Below are positions 1-12,396 of a DNA stretch of 64,000 bases, piece by piece. A model generated the notes under the pieces. It saw nothing but the letters and a program-made list of their open reading frames with translations, ran no database searches and was not told where the DNA came from. The DNA comes from Octopus vulgaris (taxonomy: Eukaryota): assembly GCA_951406725.2 (NCBI GenBank), contig OX597815.1:113398001-113462000 (forward strand), in the 5' to 3' direction. How positions within the stretch are numbered: position 1 is the stretch's first letter; each line of letters opens with the position of its first letter. The position numbers were made by a program, and so were the translations under genes.

Positions 1-30
1 TACATACATACATACATACATACATACATG

Positions 31-84
31 TCATGGTGCACCTGAGCACTATATGCAATAATTTCATTATTATTATTATTATTA
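31..84 (+). mobile_element. CR1-type LINE extreme 3' tail remnant
   Basis: GGTGCACCTGAGCACTATATGCAATAATTTCATTATTATT matches the reverse complement of the 3' tail of the CR1 fragment at 58481-58520. Confidence 0.55.
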
Positions 85-770
85 TACACAGTAGGCTATA
101 GAAGACACTCACCCAAGGTGCTACACAGTGGGATTGAACTTGAAGTTATGTGGCTCTACAGTAACTAGTGAACCTCACAGCCATGCCTATATCTGCCAAA
201 GATTATTAAAATTACAACCAGTTTTTGTTTCTCAGATAAGAATTTTGACTGAATACTGACTTCTGTAACATTCAAGGTTAAAAATGCCTGGCATTAACAA
301 GCGTGATAATATTTAACTGATATGGCTTTACAAGAGAATATATAGATGAACACTGTTTTTTAACTGTTGAAGTGAAGAAACTAGGCTGACTTATTTGTCA
401 TTTAAAGAAAGAAAGACTAACACTCCTACTTCACTTGTTCTATTCCACATTGTAACGTGTAACCTACTGTCTAGTATATCTTGCCTAATTCTACCTAAAG
501 CATACAAACTATCATAATACATACCCCCATGCACCCCCACATGCACACAAACAAAATGTCAAGTAAATTATACCTAATACCCACTCTATTTCAAGTTGAT
601 GAAGAAACCTTTATGCAATCATACAGCCTGCTAAAAACAACAGCCAAATCTTCAAATCATACTTGAAAAAGAAACCATTGGACAGTATAGTCTTGGCCAA
701 TAAAAATGATATGACTGACTGACTGTAATGTCTTTAATCATAGCTCTACTCAATCAGGGATGATGTGGAT

Positions 771-771
<1 letters not shown>

Positions 772-832
<61 letters not shown>
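772..832. repeat. (AAT)n microsatellite
   Basis: Pure TAA run. Confidence 0.95.
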
Positions 833-834
<2 letters not shown>

Positions 835-859
835 ACACTCAGTACACAATTCTCCTCCT

Positions 860-1215
860 CATCATCATTGTTTAACGTCCGCTTTCCATGCTAGCATGAG
901 TTGGATGATTTGACTGAGGACTGACAAACCAGATGGCTGCACCAGGCTCTAATCTGATCTGGAAGAGATTCTACAGCTGAATGCCCTTCCTAATGCCAAC
1001 CAAGGCACAAGGGCCAGTCAGGCGGTACTGGCAACAGCCACACTCAAATGGTGCTTTTTACATGCCACCGGCACGGAAGCCAGTCAGCTGCTCTGGCAAC
1101 GATCACGCTCAGGTGGTGCTCTTAGCACTCCACTAGCACAGATGCTAGTCATCGAATTTGATTTTGATTTCGATTTCACTTGCCTCAACAGGTCTTTGCG
1201 AGCAGAGTTTAGTGT
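860..1215 (-). mobile_element. 5'-truncated RTE-clade LINE (3'UTR only)
   Basis: CATCATCATTGTTTAACGTCCGCTTTCCATGCTAGCATG is the reverse complement of the 3' end of the ORF-bearing copy at 13213-14609. Confidence 0.8.
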
Positions 1216-1363
1216 CTAGTTTAATGTTTAAAAAACTGTACCACACCTCAGGAAAAAAAAACTAACACAATGCAATACTTGGAAGAGTTTGCTCTGAGTG
1301 GGTTGTGGAGCCAATACTAAACCTTATTTTGGTTCTGTGTTGCACTATACTGTGCTTTCTTTT

Positions 1364-1406
<43 letters not shown>

Positions 1407-1690
1407 TATATATACATACATATATATGTATGTATATGTAATATATATGTATAGGCGTAAGAGTGGCTGTGTGATAAGTAGCTATAGGTGTCGGAGTGGC
1501 TATGTGGTAAGTAGCTATAGGTGTAGGAGTGGCTGTGTGGTAAGTAGCTTGCTTATGAACCACATGTTTCCGGGTTCAGTTCCACTGCATGGCATCTTGG
1601 GCAAGTGTCTTCTACTATAGCCTTGGGCTGACCAAAGCCTTGTGAGTGGATTTGGTAAACTGAAACTGAAAGAAGCCCGTTGTATATATG

Positions 1691-1744
<54 letters not shown>

Positions 1745-1812
1745 ATTAGGGAATGAATCCAAAATTACAGGGAAAAATTATTTTAAAATATTGATATTTT
1801 TAGATCAAAAAT

Positions 1813-1856
1813 CCACCTGAAGATTGTCGGTAGCAGACATGAAACATTTGTAGTGG
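1813..1856 (+). ncRNA. minimal type-I hammerhead ribozyme motif
   Basis: CCAC-CTGAAGA-T-TGTC(GGTAGCA)GACA-T-GAAAC-ATTT-GTA-GTGG. Stem I CCAC/GTGG, stem II TGTC/GACA, GUA cleavage triplet. Confidence 0.7.
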
Positions 1857-1940
1857 CGGTTTATTTAATTTATATTAAAATTTTATGTATTGATTAAGTC
1901 TTTCCTTGTTTGGTTTTAAAATAGTGGTTTTGTCTCGAAT

Positions 1941-1987
<47 letters not shown>

Positions 1988-2208
1988 TTATAAAATGAGA
2001 TAGGGGTTGAAAATTCAACCCACCATGGGATAATATATATCCAATATACTGCCAGATAGGTACCCAACAAGAGTACCAATGAGTATTATATTATATAAGT
2101 GTAGCATTATGATGTATAAGTTTTTATATTTTACATTTTTATATTTTTATATTTATATGTATATGGTTATATAATATTTTTCACAATTATAACAAATTTA
2201 ATTTAATT

Positions 2209-2316
2209 CTCTGAAGAGGCCGTGGGGCATCCTTGTTAATGCCTCATTTATACCTGCCTTTATGGCTTATAGGTTAAATGAGGTATGACTGCCCTCACTG
2301 CCGAAACAGCTGTCAG
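2209..2316 (+). ncRNA. type-I hammerhead ribozyme motif with long extended stem II
   Basis: CT-CTGAAGA-GGC...GCC-GAAAC-AGCT-GTC-AG. Stem II extension GGGCA/TGCCC and TGCCTCATTTA/TAAATGAGGTA. Stem I weak. Confidence 0.65.
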
Positions 2317-2508
2317 TTTTGATTTAATTGCATATTATATTTGAAATTTTTTACTTATATCTCTTTATCTTTTTACTATTACTGTATATCTCATTTTGTA
2401 TAATGCCTTTACTCATATGTAATGGTGTATTAAAGTATTGATTGGGTATCATCGGATAGTTGATGTTTTATTGATTTAAGTATGTTTCTCCATTCTCTAA
2501 TTTTGTAG

Positions 2509-2548
<40 letters not shown>

Positions 2549-3585
2549 ATGTGTGTGTGTATATGTTTGTGTGTATATGTTTGTGTGTATATGTTTGACC
2601 CCCCAACATCGCTTGACAACCAACGTTGGTGTGTTTACATCCCCATAACTTAGCAGTTTGGCAAAAGAGACCGATAGAATAAGTACTAGGCTTACAAAGA
2701 ATAATTCCTGGGGTTGATTTGCTCGACTAAAGGTGGTACTCCAGCATGGTCACAGTCAAATGACTGAAACAAGTAAAAGAGTAAAGAGTATATGTACTAT
2801 ATATATGTGTATAATATATATGTATATGTAATATATATATGTATGTGTAATATATATATGTGTATGTATGTTTACCTCTTTTTCATTCAAATCTTTAATT
2901 TCTTATACATAGTCAGCTGTAGTCTGATAGGTTGTTACTGTTGTTTAGATGCTATTTCAAGCAGGTCAAGTCATTATGTATGAGTTCCCTCACTTGTGGT
3001 GGTAACATGGCACTGAAACTCATGGAACCAAACTTCCATCCAGTACAAATAAACACAGACACCTCTTTATTAGACCAACAGTACAAAAACGTTTTAGATA
3101 CAGGATTGAGGTTTAACAGACAAACGTGCTCTCTCTATCTCTATCTCTCTTTCTCTCTCTCTCTCTCTCATAACACACACACATACATACACTCACATGC
3201 ACACACACACAGTACACACTGTATGCTTTATTTAATAATTAAGGGTTCACTTGCTGTTTCTAGCCAAGAGGATAAAGCAAGTACTGTATCAACCACCTAC
3301 TTCTTTCTTTCTAATCAGTAGCCCACATGAGGAGATAAAACAGCTTCAAAGTGTCACAAGAAGTCAAAATATTACCACCTCTGGAAAGGATGGCCATCAG
3401 TTTACAAGTTATATCTCTACCATTTTTTTCTTCCTAAATCTTTATCTTATTTTGTCTTTTACTTATTCTCTTTTTCATTTCCATGACTATCCTATCTGAT
3501 TAAAACCAATGCATAGTTCTAACCTTTCATGAAGACAAGTTTTGCTTTTCTTGTTTTCACTACTTTTGGTTATGTTCTGAAGTTA

Positions 3586-3651
<66 letters not shown>

Positions 3652-4179
3652 TGCGTGCGTGTGTGCATGTGTGTGTGTGCATGTGTGTGTGATAATCAGC
3701 CAAGTTGATAACCCTTTGATTTATCAGCATCTGTAGCTTCAAGGCAAACACTGGCTGAATTCTTTGTTTTCTAGTTAACTAGGAAGCTAGGAAAACCCAT
3801 ACATACACACTTGTAAAGGGCCCTATTCTTGAAAATAAAAGTATAAGTAGATCTATTTATTAGACCTAAGGGTCTGTTTATCATTTGCTAATTCTTATCT
3901 TTAGCCATGAAACTGGGGCTGGTGGTGGCCATGGTGGGTATTCTAATGTATTTTAACCCAATTTTATTCTTTTTTTTTTTGTGTGTGTGTGTCATTACTG
4001 TTTATTTATCTGTAACCAACTTTGGTGATTCTGTTTCATCTTCATGAAGGAAAGCAACAGAAAGATGTAAATTGAACCTCTCCAAAATCTCAACTTTTTC
4101 TTTTTTAGTGTAGTCTAAGTGTAAATTTATACATGTTTCAGGCAATGTCCTTTAAGTCCTTCATGTTCACTTCACAACT

Positions 4180-4476
4180 ATTTGGTTGGGTTCAGTTCCA
4201 TTGCATGGTGTAGCACCCACCAGGTTGACCAATATCTTGCAAGTGAAGCTGATAGATGGAAACATAGTGAAAGGTGATCATTTGAGTGTGTGTATGTCTC
4301 TGTGTCTGTTTCTTGCTGCTTAATAACCGGTGTTGGTTTGTTGACATCTCTGTCATTTAGAAATTCTGCAAAAGAGACCTATTGAACATGTACTGCGGTT
4401 GATCTAACTGGTCAAACCCTTCATGGTGGTGCCCCAGCATGGCTGCAGTTCAATGACCAAATACATGTAAAAGAAT
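4180..4476 (+). mobile_element. diverged SINE family A copy
   Basis: GGGTTCAGTTCCATTGC head region and ...GCCCCAGCATGGCTGCAGTTCAATGAC 3' end. Confidence 0.6.
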
Positions 4477-4550
4477 ACACACACACACACATACACAGAT
4501 TGATAACAAAAACTTTTGGGTAGAAATTCAAAATTCCTTCAATATATGTG

Positions 4551-4603
<53 letters not shown>

Positions 4604-4949
4604 TGTATAAGTCGGATATATGTATATGTACGCACATACATATATATACATACATTAATATATATATATGTATGTGCGTACATATACATATATCACACTT
4701 ACACATGCACACACTCGAACACGTCAGTCACTAGCCCCTATTCACACACACCATTCTCACATACACACCCATGCTTGTGCACGCCTTCATTTGGGATAAC
4801 GAGCACTTTATTATCTCCCTTTCTTTCAACCTCCTCTTTCAAACTATTCTTCTAATCATTTGCCATTCTTGACCACTAAATCTACAAGTTTTTTTGCATC
4901 CTCTTTCTGTTTATTTTCTTATATTCCTTTCTGTTGAAGAGCGTATATA

Positions 4950-5097
4950 TACAATGGGCTTCTTTTAGTTTCCGTCTACCAAATCCACTCACAAGGCTTT
5001 GGTCGGCCTGAGGCTATAGTAGAAGACACTTGCCCAAAATGCCACGCAGTGAGACTGAACCCAGAACCATGTGGTTGGGAAACCAGCTTCTTACCAT
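4950..5097 (-). mobile_element. SINE family A 5' half
   Basis: TTCCGTCTACCAAATCCACTCACAAGGCTTTGG...ACTTGCCCAA...ACTGAACCCAGAACCATGTGG. Confidence 0.75.
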
Positions 5098-5200
5098 ATA
5101 CATTATATATACATTTTAATATATATAATATATATTAATATATATAATCAAAATAAGCAACAGTATATCAAGAAATGATATAATATATATATATATATGT

Positions 5201-5399
5201 ATGGCACCTGTGTCGGTGGCACATAAAATCACCCACTACACTCTCGGAGTGGTTGGCGTTAGGAAGGGCATCCAGCTGTAGAAACACTGCCAGATCTGAC
5301 TGGACTGGTGCAGCTTTCGGGCTCCCCAGACCCCAGTTGAACCGTCCAACCCATGCTAGCATGGAAAGCGGACGTTAAATGATGATGATGATGATGATG

Positions 5400-5400
<1 letters not shown>
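5201..5400 (+). mobile_element. 5'-truncated young RTE LINE 3' end with (GAT)n tail
   Basis: Apparently identical to the reverse complement of 55370-55548; both antisense ORFs begin with the same 53 aa. Confidence 0.85.
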
Positions 5401-5434
<34 letters not shown>

Positions 5435-5556
5435 ATATATATATATACATATTATGTGTATGTGTGTGTGTATTAAAATGAAGATGAAAGATCTTTGCCA
5501 AGCTACAAGCTTATAATGTTGGTTTCCCAGAATTCTGTTGTAGGATTTCTCATTTA

Positions 5557-5682
5557 CGCCAGCTGAGTGAACAGGTGCAACGTAAAATGAAGTGCTTTGT
5601 TCAAGAACACAATGCATTGCCTGATTCAGGAATTGAAACTACAATCTTATGATCATGTGTGCAACACCCTAACCCCTAAGCC
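5557..5682 (-). mobile_element. SINE family C 5' part
   Basis: CAGCTGAGTGAAC...GTGCTTTGTTCAAGAACACAA similar to 14990-15125. Confidence 0.6.
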
Positions 5683-5721
<39 letters not shown>

Positions 5722-7535
5722 TCATATATGTATATTCATATGTTTGTGTGTATATGTGTAAGCATGTAGGTATGCATTTCTGTACATTGTTGTTGTTAGT
5801 GTTATTGTGTAGCCTTAGTCAGCTCTGTTTTGACAGATGTAAAATCACTTGACTGGTATTATTCTAGCCAAGGTCACCCCATCTTTATTGTAGAATTACA
5901 TCCTGATATAATTCTAGTCACTTTATTGTTTACATATAAATAATGGAGCAAAAATTAGGGCCAAACATGTACCGAGAACACTTGTAAAAATTGATATGGA
6001 GTTTATGGAGTATTACTTTTGCTTGCTGCATTGAGCATCTGAGTCATGTCCATAGAAGAATAATTCAATTGTGTTTCTATTTTTACTTAATGCTATTGTT
6101 CAGTTCACATTTATGGTAAACAAGTGAGAAACTGCTTGGTTTTGTTGTTGTTGAACCTCAGCTCAACTTGAAATGAGCAATCCTGTGATCAAAGATATTT
6201 AAATTGTAACAGTCTTATCATTTATTTTCTTATTTACTTTTTTCAGGTAGTATGTATCGAGGGTCACATTAACTAATGTGCTCCTTGCCTTTTGAGACAT
6301 GAAAATGTAATTTGAGGGAAATTTGATGCTATTTCTAACAGGTTGAGTGGTCACTTAGAAGAAAACCCCTATGTACTTATTTTTAAGGAGAGAGTTATGT
6401 AAGAAGTTGGTACTGAATATAGTTTTAACCTGTTTCAGAGCTTCATTTCTTCATCTCTGAATTGAAATCCTGCTTCAGTCAGTTTTGGGGATTAAATTAT
6501 TTGTAATATACTACAGGTTGAATTATATACTTGAACTACCAGCCAATAAGTGAACCTTCCTTTACACCAGGGGTCCCAATATGGAGTGTGAAATGGAATT
6601 TTAGGATTGCAGCAAAGAAGAAAAATATATATTTTAGTAAAATTGCTTTTTAGAATTTAACTATTAACTAACTCTTAAAAATAACTTTATTGTGTTAAGC
6701 ACACCAAGAAATTTAACCCTCAAGAGATTAAGACCAATTACTGAGTCCTTGTTCCATTAGGAACAACACATATGTGAATCTAGATTCATGTTTTCTTTTG
6801 TCAATGCAAATTACAGTCATCAAGAAAGTTCTATGTTTTGATGGCCGTAAATGAAAAGCAGGATCAAAGAAGTTATTGAATTTTATGTTCATAATTGTTT
6901 TTGATTTCACTCTAGTTATTCATTTGCTTTCTTATTACTCAGTTTATATTAGAATTTTTTTTCACTTTGTTTAAATCTTAACTTTTGAGTTTAATTTGTT
7001 CACTGTATGTGGTTCAAGTTAAATTAATTTGTTACCAGAAAATCGACGTTTTCACCTTCAAATGTGATATTATTTCTGTAAGAAGGGCTGGATGTGGTGT
7101 TGATGGTGTTGAAGAGCAGTAATTCTTGAAATATGCATAACACTCATTACATATTTTAGGCCCTTGTGGCCTAAAATAATGGCATCATTATCTTTCTAAG
7201 AAGCAAGAAAATTAAACACTTCTGAGGAGTGCAGGGTATAGAAAAGACTAACTTGCTAGAAATAGCAATTGAATTTCTGTCAAGTCATATTCTATCAACT
7301 CAAAAAAAAAAAAAAAAAGAGCATAGAAGACATTCAAAAATGTAGTTTTGTAAATTTATGACATTTGAAAAAAAACTATTTTGCAATTGAAATACCTCAT
7401 CCAAAGGTCAGTACACTCAGGGCTGACCTAGAGTTAAACATAAGATTTTCACAATTGAAAGTACCTTTTATCATAGATCTATTCAGTAACAAATGACCTG
7501 GGACTAAACACCAAGAAAAAGTGTTATTATTGTTT

Positions 7536-8045
7536 TATTTACATTATCTACATTCGACAGATATTTGTCCTCCTCTTGTTTGCTGTTAACATGTTTCTTC
7601 AGGTCTCTTGGGGAAATTCTGAACCTGGGTTCTCATTCCTAAGGTATTGTTCAATGTTATTTTTATTATTAATCATTATTATTATTATTATTATTGTTAT
7701 TGTTCAGGTCAGTGCTTGAAATCGAACTCGGAATCTTGAGGTTAGTAGCCCGCACTCTTAACCACTATGCCATTTACCCGTAGGCAAAAATGGCGTAGTG
7801 ATTAAGAGCGTGGGCTACTAACAGTGACCTGAACAATAACAACAATAATAATAATAATAATAACATCTAAAAATACCTTAGGAATGAGAACCCAGGTTTG
7901 AAATTTCCCCAAGACACCTGAAGAAGGCTGGAGGGTATATCAGCCGAAACGTTGTGTTAACAACAAACAAGATGGGGACAAATATCTGTCGAATGTAAAT
8001 AATGTAAATAATGTACATGATTCCTCATCTCTTAAATATAGAACA
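7536..8045. mobile_element. head-to-head inverted dimer of a tRNA-headed, hammerhead-containing short element
   Basis: Arms 7537-7775 and 7787-8009 are reverse complements. Each has an A-box TGGC(A/G)TAGTG, an (AAT)n linker and a shared body. TTATTATTGTTT flanks both sides (7524-7535, 8046-8057). Confidence 0.8.
7914..7957 (+). ncRNA. minimal type-I hammerhead ribozyme motif
   Basis: ACAC-CTGAAGA-A-GGCTG(GAGGGTATAT)CAGCC-GAAACGTT-GTGT. Stem I ACAC/GTGT, 5-bp stem II, palindromic AACGTT in place of stem III. Confidence 0.75.
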
Positions 8046-9204
8046 TTATTATTGTTTGTTGTGCGTGATCATCTAGATGCTGTCTACTTGGGTTTTCCCA
8101 TCTGTGTAGTTAGTTAAATACTTAGTACAAGATATGTTTTTTTTAATGTACACAGTATTAACATCAGTAATTTGGTGAGAACTGGTGTTTGTAATATTAG
8201 TTACCATACTGACACTTGGCATGGCATAGTGTGAATTATTTTTCAACATGGTAAACAGCTGAATTCTTTCTCAATTTACATGTGAATAATCACAAATTTG
8301 TGAGTGTGTGTGAATATGTTTTATTACATATATAAATACACAATTATATACAGACACGTGCATGCACACATACCTTCAAAAATGTATGCACACACACACA
8401 CACACAAAAATGTATACGCACACACACATATGCGTACTCACGCAAACAAACATCTACATCTCTTATATGTATACACATATACTTAAGCACCCAGATATAC
8501 ATATATCTATTCTCACACACACACACACACCAGTGAAGTTTCCTGACAAAAATGCAAAAAATTTCACAGAATGTCCTATCTAGTAAACACCAACCATTTT
8601 GAGATTATATGCGTACATTGCAGTACTTGTTTAGGATATATTCTACCATATAGATAAGCAGCAAATAGTCAGTTATATCTCCTAGTTTAGTGCTTGACCA
8701 GAATTTGACCTTTTTGTTTGCTTAGCTCTTTTCATACCAACCTGCTTGTTATTGCCTCTGGTTCCATGATATCACACTTCTTACATTAAAGTATTTATAT
8801 TTGAACTAAAATATTCTTATGTTCCAAATTCCAGTTTAACCCATTAGTGCCCAATTCTTTTTATTTAATAAATTAGCAAAAATCTTTTTTATACAACTTT
8901 ATCTGATACTAAATATATAAAAAATTTTTATTACAATATTCGAAAGACACCTCATAAAAAAGGACCATGAGCACTAATGGGTTAATAGTGAAAATACTAT
9001 TTTCAAAATTAACTAAAATAAGCATCATGGCTGTGTGGTTAAGAAGCTCCCTTTGTGACCATACAGTTTTAGGTTCAGTCTCATTGTACAGCACTTGAGC
9101 TAATGTCTTCTATATAGCTCTGGATCAATCAGTGGCCTATGAGTGAACTTAGTTGACAGAAACTGTACAGAAGTCCATTGTACTTATACATACATACATA
9201 TATT

Positions 9205-9605
9205 TCTTTTAATTCTATTTATTTCAGTCATTTGACTGCAGCCATGCTGGAGCACCACCTTTAGTCAAACAAATCAACCCCAGGACTTATTCTTTGAAAG
9301 CCTAGTACTTATTCTATCAGTCTCTTTCACCAAACTGCTAAATTACAAGGACGTAAACACACCAACATTGGTGGCATTGGTGGCGGGGACAAACACACAC
9401 ACATATACGACGGGTTCCTTTCAGTTTCTGTCTACCAAATCCACTTACAAGGCTTTGGTCAGCCCGAGGCTATAGTAGAAGACACTTGTCCCAAGATGCC
9501 ATGCTGTGGGACTGAACCCAGAACCATGTGGTTGGTAAGTAAGTTACTTACCACACAGCCATTCCTGCACCTATAGCTACTTACCACACAGCCACTCCTG
9601 TGCCT

Positions 9606-9607
<2 letters not shown>
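9205..9607 (-). mobile_element. full-length SINE family A with duplicated head
   Basis: Reverse complement of the family A sequence; 33-bp head unit present twice (~9542-9607). Confidence 0.85.
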
Positions 9608-9653
<46 letters not shown>

Positions 9654-9809
9654 ATTTAGGGATGGTCATGTTACCAGTTTAGCCAATAAAAACACACGCA
9701 CTATATCTCTGGTGTTAATTTGCTTCAGCTTTATTTTATTTTTTATATTAATTGTATTTCAGCCAGAGTCCTTTCATCACAATACATGCTCAATACAACA
9801 ATATCTGTT

Positions 9810-10189
9810 TCAACACGGCACATAAAAAGCACCATTCAACCATAATCATTACAAGCATCACCTTACTGGCACTTGTGCAAATGGCACATGGAATAATATT
9901 CGAGCAAGGTCACTGCCAGTGCCACTAGACTGGCTATTGTGCAGGTGGAATTTAAAAAACACCATTTGAGCATGGTCGTTGCCAGTACTGCCTGACTGGC
10001 CCTTGTGCCAGCATGTAAAAGCACCCACTACACTCTGAGTGGTTGGCGTTAGGAAGGGCATCCAACTGTAGAAACTCTGCCAGATCAGATTGGAGCCTGG
10101 TGCAGGCATCTGGTTCACCAGTCCTCAGTCAAAACGTCCAACCCATGCCAGCATGGAAAACAGACATTACTTGATGATGATGATGATGA
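9810..10189 (+). mobile_element. RTE LINE 3'UTR fragment
   Basis: GTGGTTGGCGTTAGGAAGGGCATCC motif and (GAT)n tail. Confidence 0.8.
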
Positions 10190-10292
10190 TATATATATAT
10201 AGGGAGAGAATTCACAAAAAAACAAAAGACGAAGACAGGTGGTGTAGACGAAAACAGATGTATTAGTTTAACTCTCGGGCAGTGAAAAAGTG

Positions 10293-10326
10293 TTTAACAT
10301 TTTGAGCCTACACTCTTCCACAGAAA
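10293..10326 (-). other. decayed hammerhead motif inside a short PLE-like remnant (10201-10352)
   Basis: Minus strand TTT-CTGTGGA-A-GAG(TGTAGG)CTC-AAAATGTT-AAA. A related truncated copy TTTCTGTTGAAGAGCGTA lies at 4928-4945. Confidence 0.45.
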
Positions 10327-10517
10327 GGAACACAGAGAGAAACAAGAAGAAAAAATATATATATGTATGTATGTATATATATATATGTATGCATATATAT
10401 ATGTGTGTATACATATATCTGTGTGTATACATATATATATATGTATACATATATATGTATATATATATATATAATAAAATATTAGGGAATAAATCCAAAA
10501 TATGTATGTATATATAT

Positions 10518-11211
10518 AAAATAAATATAAGAGAGTGGTCACTATATGGCTCACTCTAGCACCAGTTAATCCAAAAGGTTTCAACCACAAAAATACATGT
10601 TTCCCATGAAAGTCAGTACGATTGTTAGCTCACACGGACAGGGCATATAAAAAATAACAAATACAGATTATTTTGGGACAATTGTTTCGCTATTAATGAA
10701 TTAAATGTAAATTTACTTACAATAAAATCCACTTGTAGCTCTTCAGCCAAAACTATCTGGATGAAATCCACTCAATCACACGCCAGATTTTACCATAACG
10801 ATAAATACGCGTGTGGTTCAATTGATTACATCCGACGTTATAATTCAAATGCCCCAACTAACAGCGCGCCAAAATTTGGCGCGCTGTTAGTTGGGGCATT
10901 TGAATTATAACGTCGGATGTAATCAATTGAACCACACGCGTATTTATCGTTATGGTAAAATCTGGCGTGTGATTGAGTGGATTTCATCCAGATAGTTTTG
11001 GCTGAAGAGCTACAAGTGGATTTTATTGTAAGTAAATTTACATTTAATTCATTAATATTGTCCCAAAATAATCTGTATTTGTTATTTTTTATTTGCCTGT
11101 CCGTGTGAGCTAACAATCGTACTGACTTTCATGGGAAACATGTATTTTTGTGGTTGAAACCTATTAACTGGTGCGTGAGCCATATAGTGACCACTCTCTT
11201 ATATTTATTTT
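10518..11211. mobile_element. ~694-bp near-perfect palindrome of a PLE-like terminal repeat
   Basis: Centre GCGCGCCAAA-A-TTTGGCGCGC at 10874. The arms differ by a few small deletions. A single arm recurs at 28639-28990 and its terminus at 54351-54390. Confidence 0.9.
10671..10752 (-). ncRNA. type-I hammerhead ribozyme motif
   Basis: TTTTGG-CTGAAGA-GCTA(loop ~43 nt)TAGC-GAAAC-AATT-GTC-CCAAAA. 6-bp stem I, canonical core, GUC triplet. Confidence 0.8.
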
Positions 11212-11342
11212 GTAAAAATATTATAATATATTATAAAATATTATAATAATCCAGGTTTCTCGGAGCACTAGGCCATTGGTGTAGAATAGATATACTATTA
11301 AATTAGTATCTAATTCTCTCACCCTTATTAATTAATTATGTA

Positions 11343-11402
<60 letters not shown>

Positions 11403-11548
11403 TGTGTGTGTGTGTATACATATATATGTATACATATATATAGATATTTATATATCTATGTATATATATGTATATATATATATATACATATGTATATATG
11501 TATGTATATATATATACACACACACACTCACATGTGTATATACATGTG

Positions 11549-11609
<61 letters not shown>

Positions 11610-12343
11610 ATGTGCAGGTGTCCCCAACTACCATTCTTTTGTGTATGTTCCCATAACTTAACAGTTCCAGCCCCAAAAACCGATAAAATTTGTTTGACCT
11701 AAAACTTTCAAGACAGTACCCCAGTATGGCTGTAGTCCAATGACTGAAACAAATGAATGATAGTGTATTCCACTAAAAGTATGACTATACAAGAGCTAAT
11801 CAGAACTTTCCAGAGATTGTATTGAATATGCCTGATCAGTGGCAGCTGGGAATTCTTCCTCCAGATTTATCTCAGCAATATTGAATATACTGATATCATT
11901 CCTTAACCCTGAATTCTGCAGTAATATTCCATACTATTTTAGAGCTGAGATAGCCATCATCTGTGTTCCATGTGTTGCTGTCAGATAACCTTCTTCACTC
12001 CATGATAGAGATGATGGTCATAATGAAGATAGTAAAAGGAATGAGTTGAATAATATGCTATCAATGGTAAACAAATTTGTTGTTGTTTAACCCGGATCAG
12101 CTCTTATCAAATGGCTATCCCATTCTTTTTTTATATTTTTTTTATGGCACTGCACAAGCACTTTTATATGGCACTAGCATGAGTGCTTTTTACTTAGCAC
12201 CAGCACAGGACTCTTGCAGACCAATCCTCTTTACCAGAGGGAGGAGCCTTAACACTTCTGCTGTGGAGTACGGGTCTTCTTGAGTACAACAAGGTGTCAG
12301 GTGTCTTGATCCTTTGTCAGAACATACATACATACACACATTC

Positions 12344-12396
<53 letters not shown>

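Larger units (their letters stand above)
1451..2789 (+). mobile_element. tRNA-derived SINE family A (CORE-like), triplicated head, internal (TA)n interrupted by hammerhead-bearing inserts
   Basis: A-box TGGCTGTGTGG, B-box GGTTCAGTTCC, CTTGGGCAAGTGTCTT core. The 3' half resumes at ~2590 and ends ...GACTGAAACAAGTAAAAGAG, as in other copies. Confidence 0.8.

Noticed and set aside
2932-3499. ORFs of 129 and 82 aa as possible host exons
   Set aside because: They run through microsatellites, with no recognisable domain or clear splice-bounded coding segment
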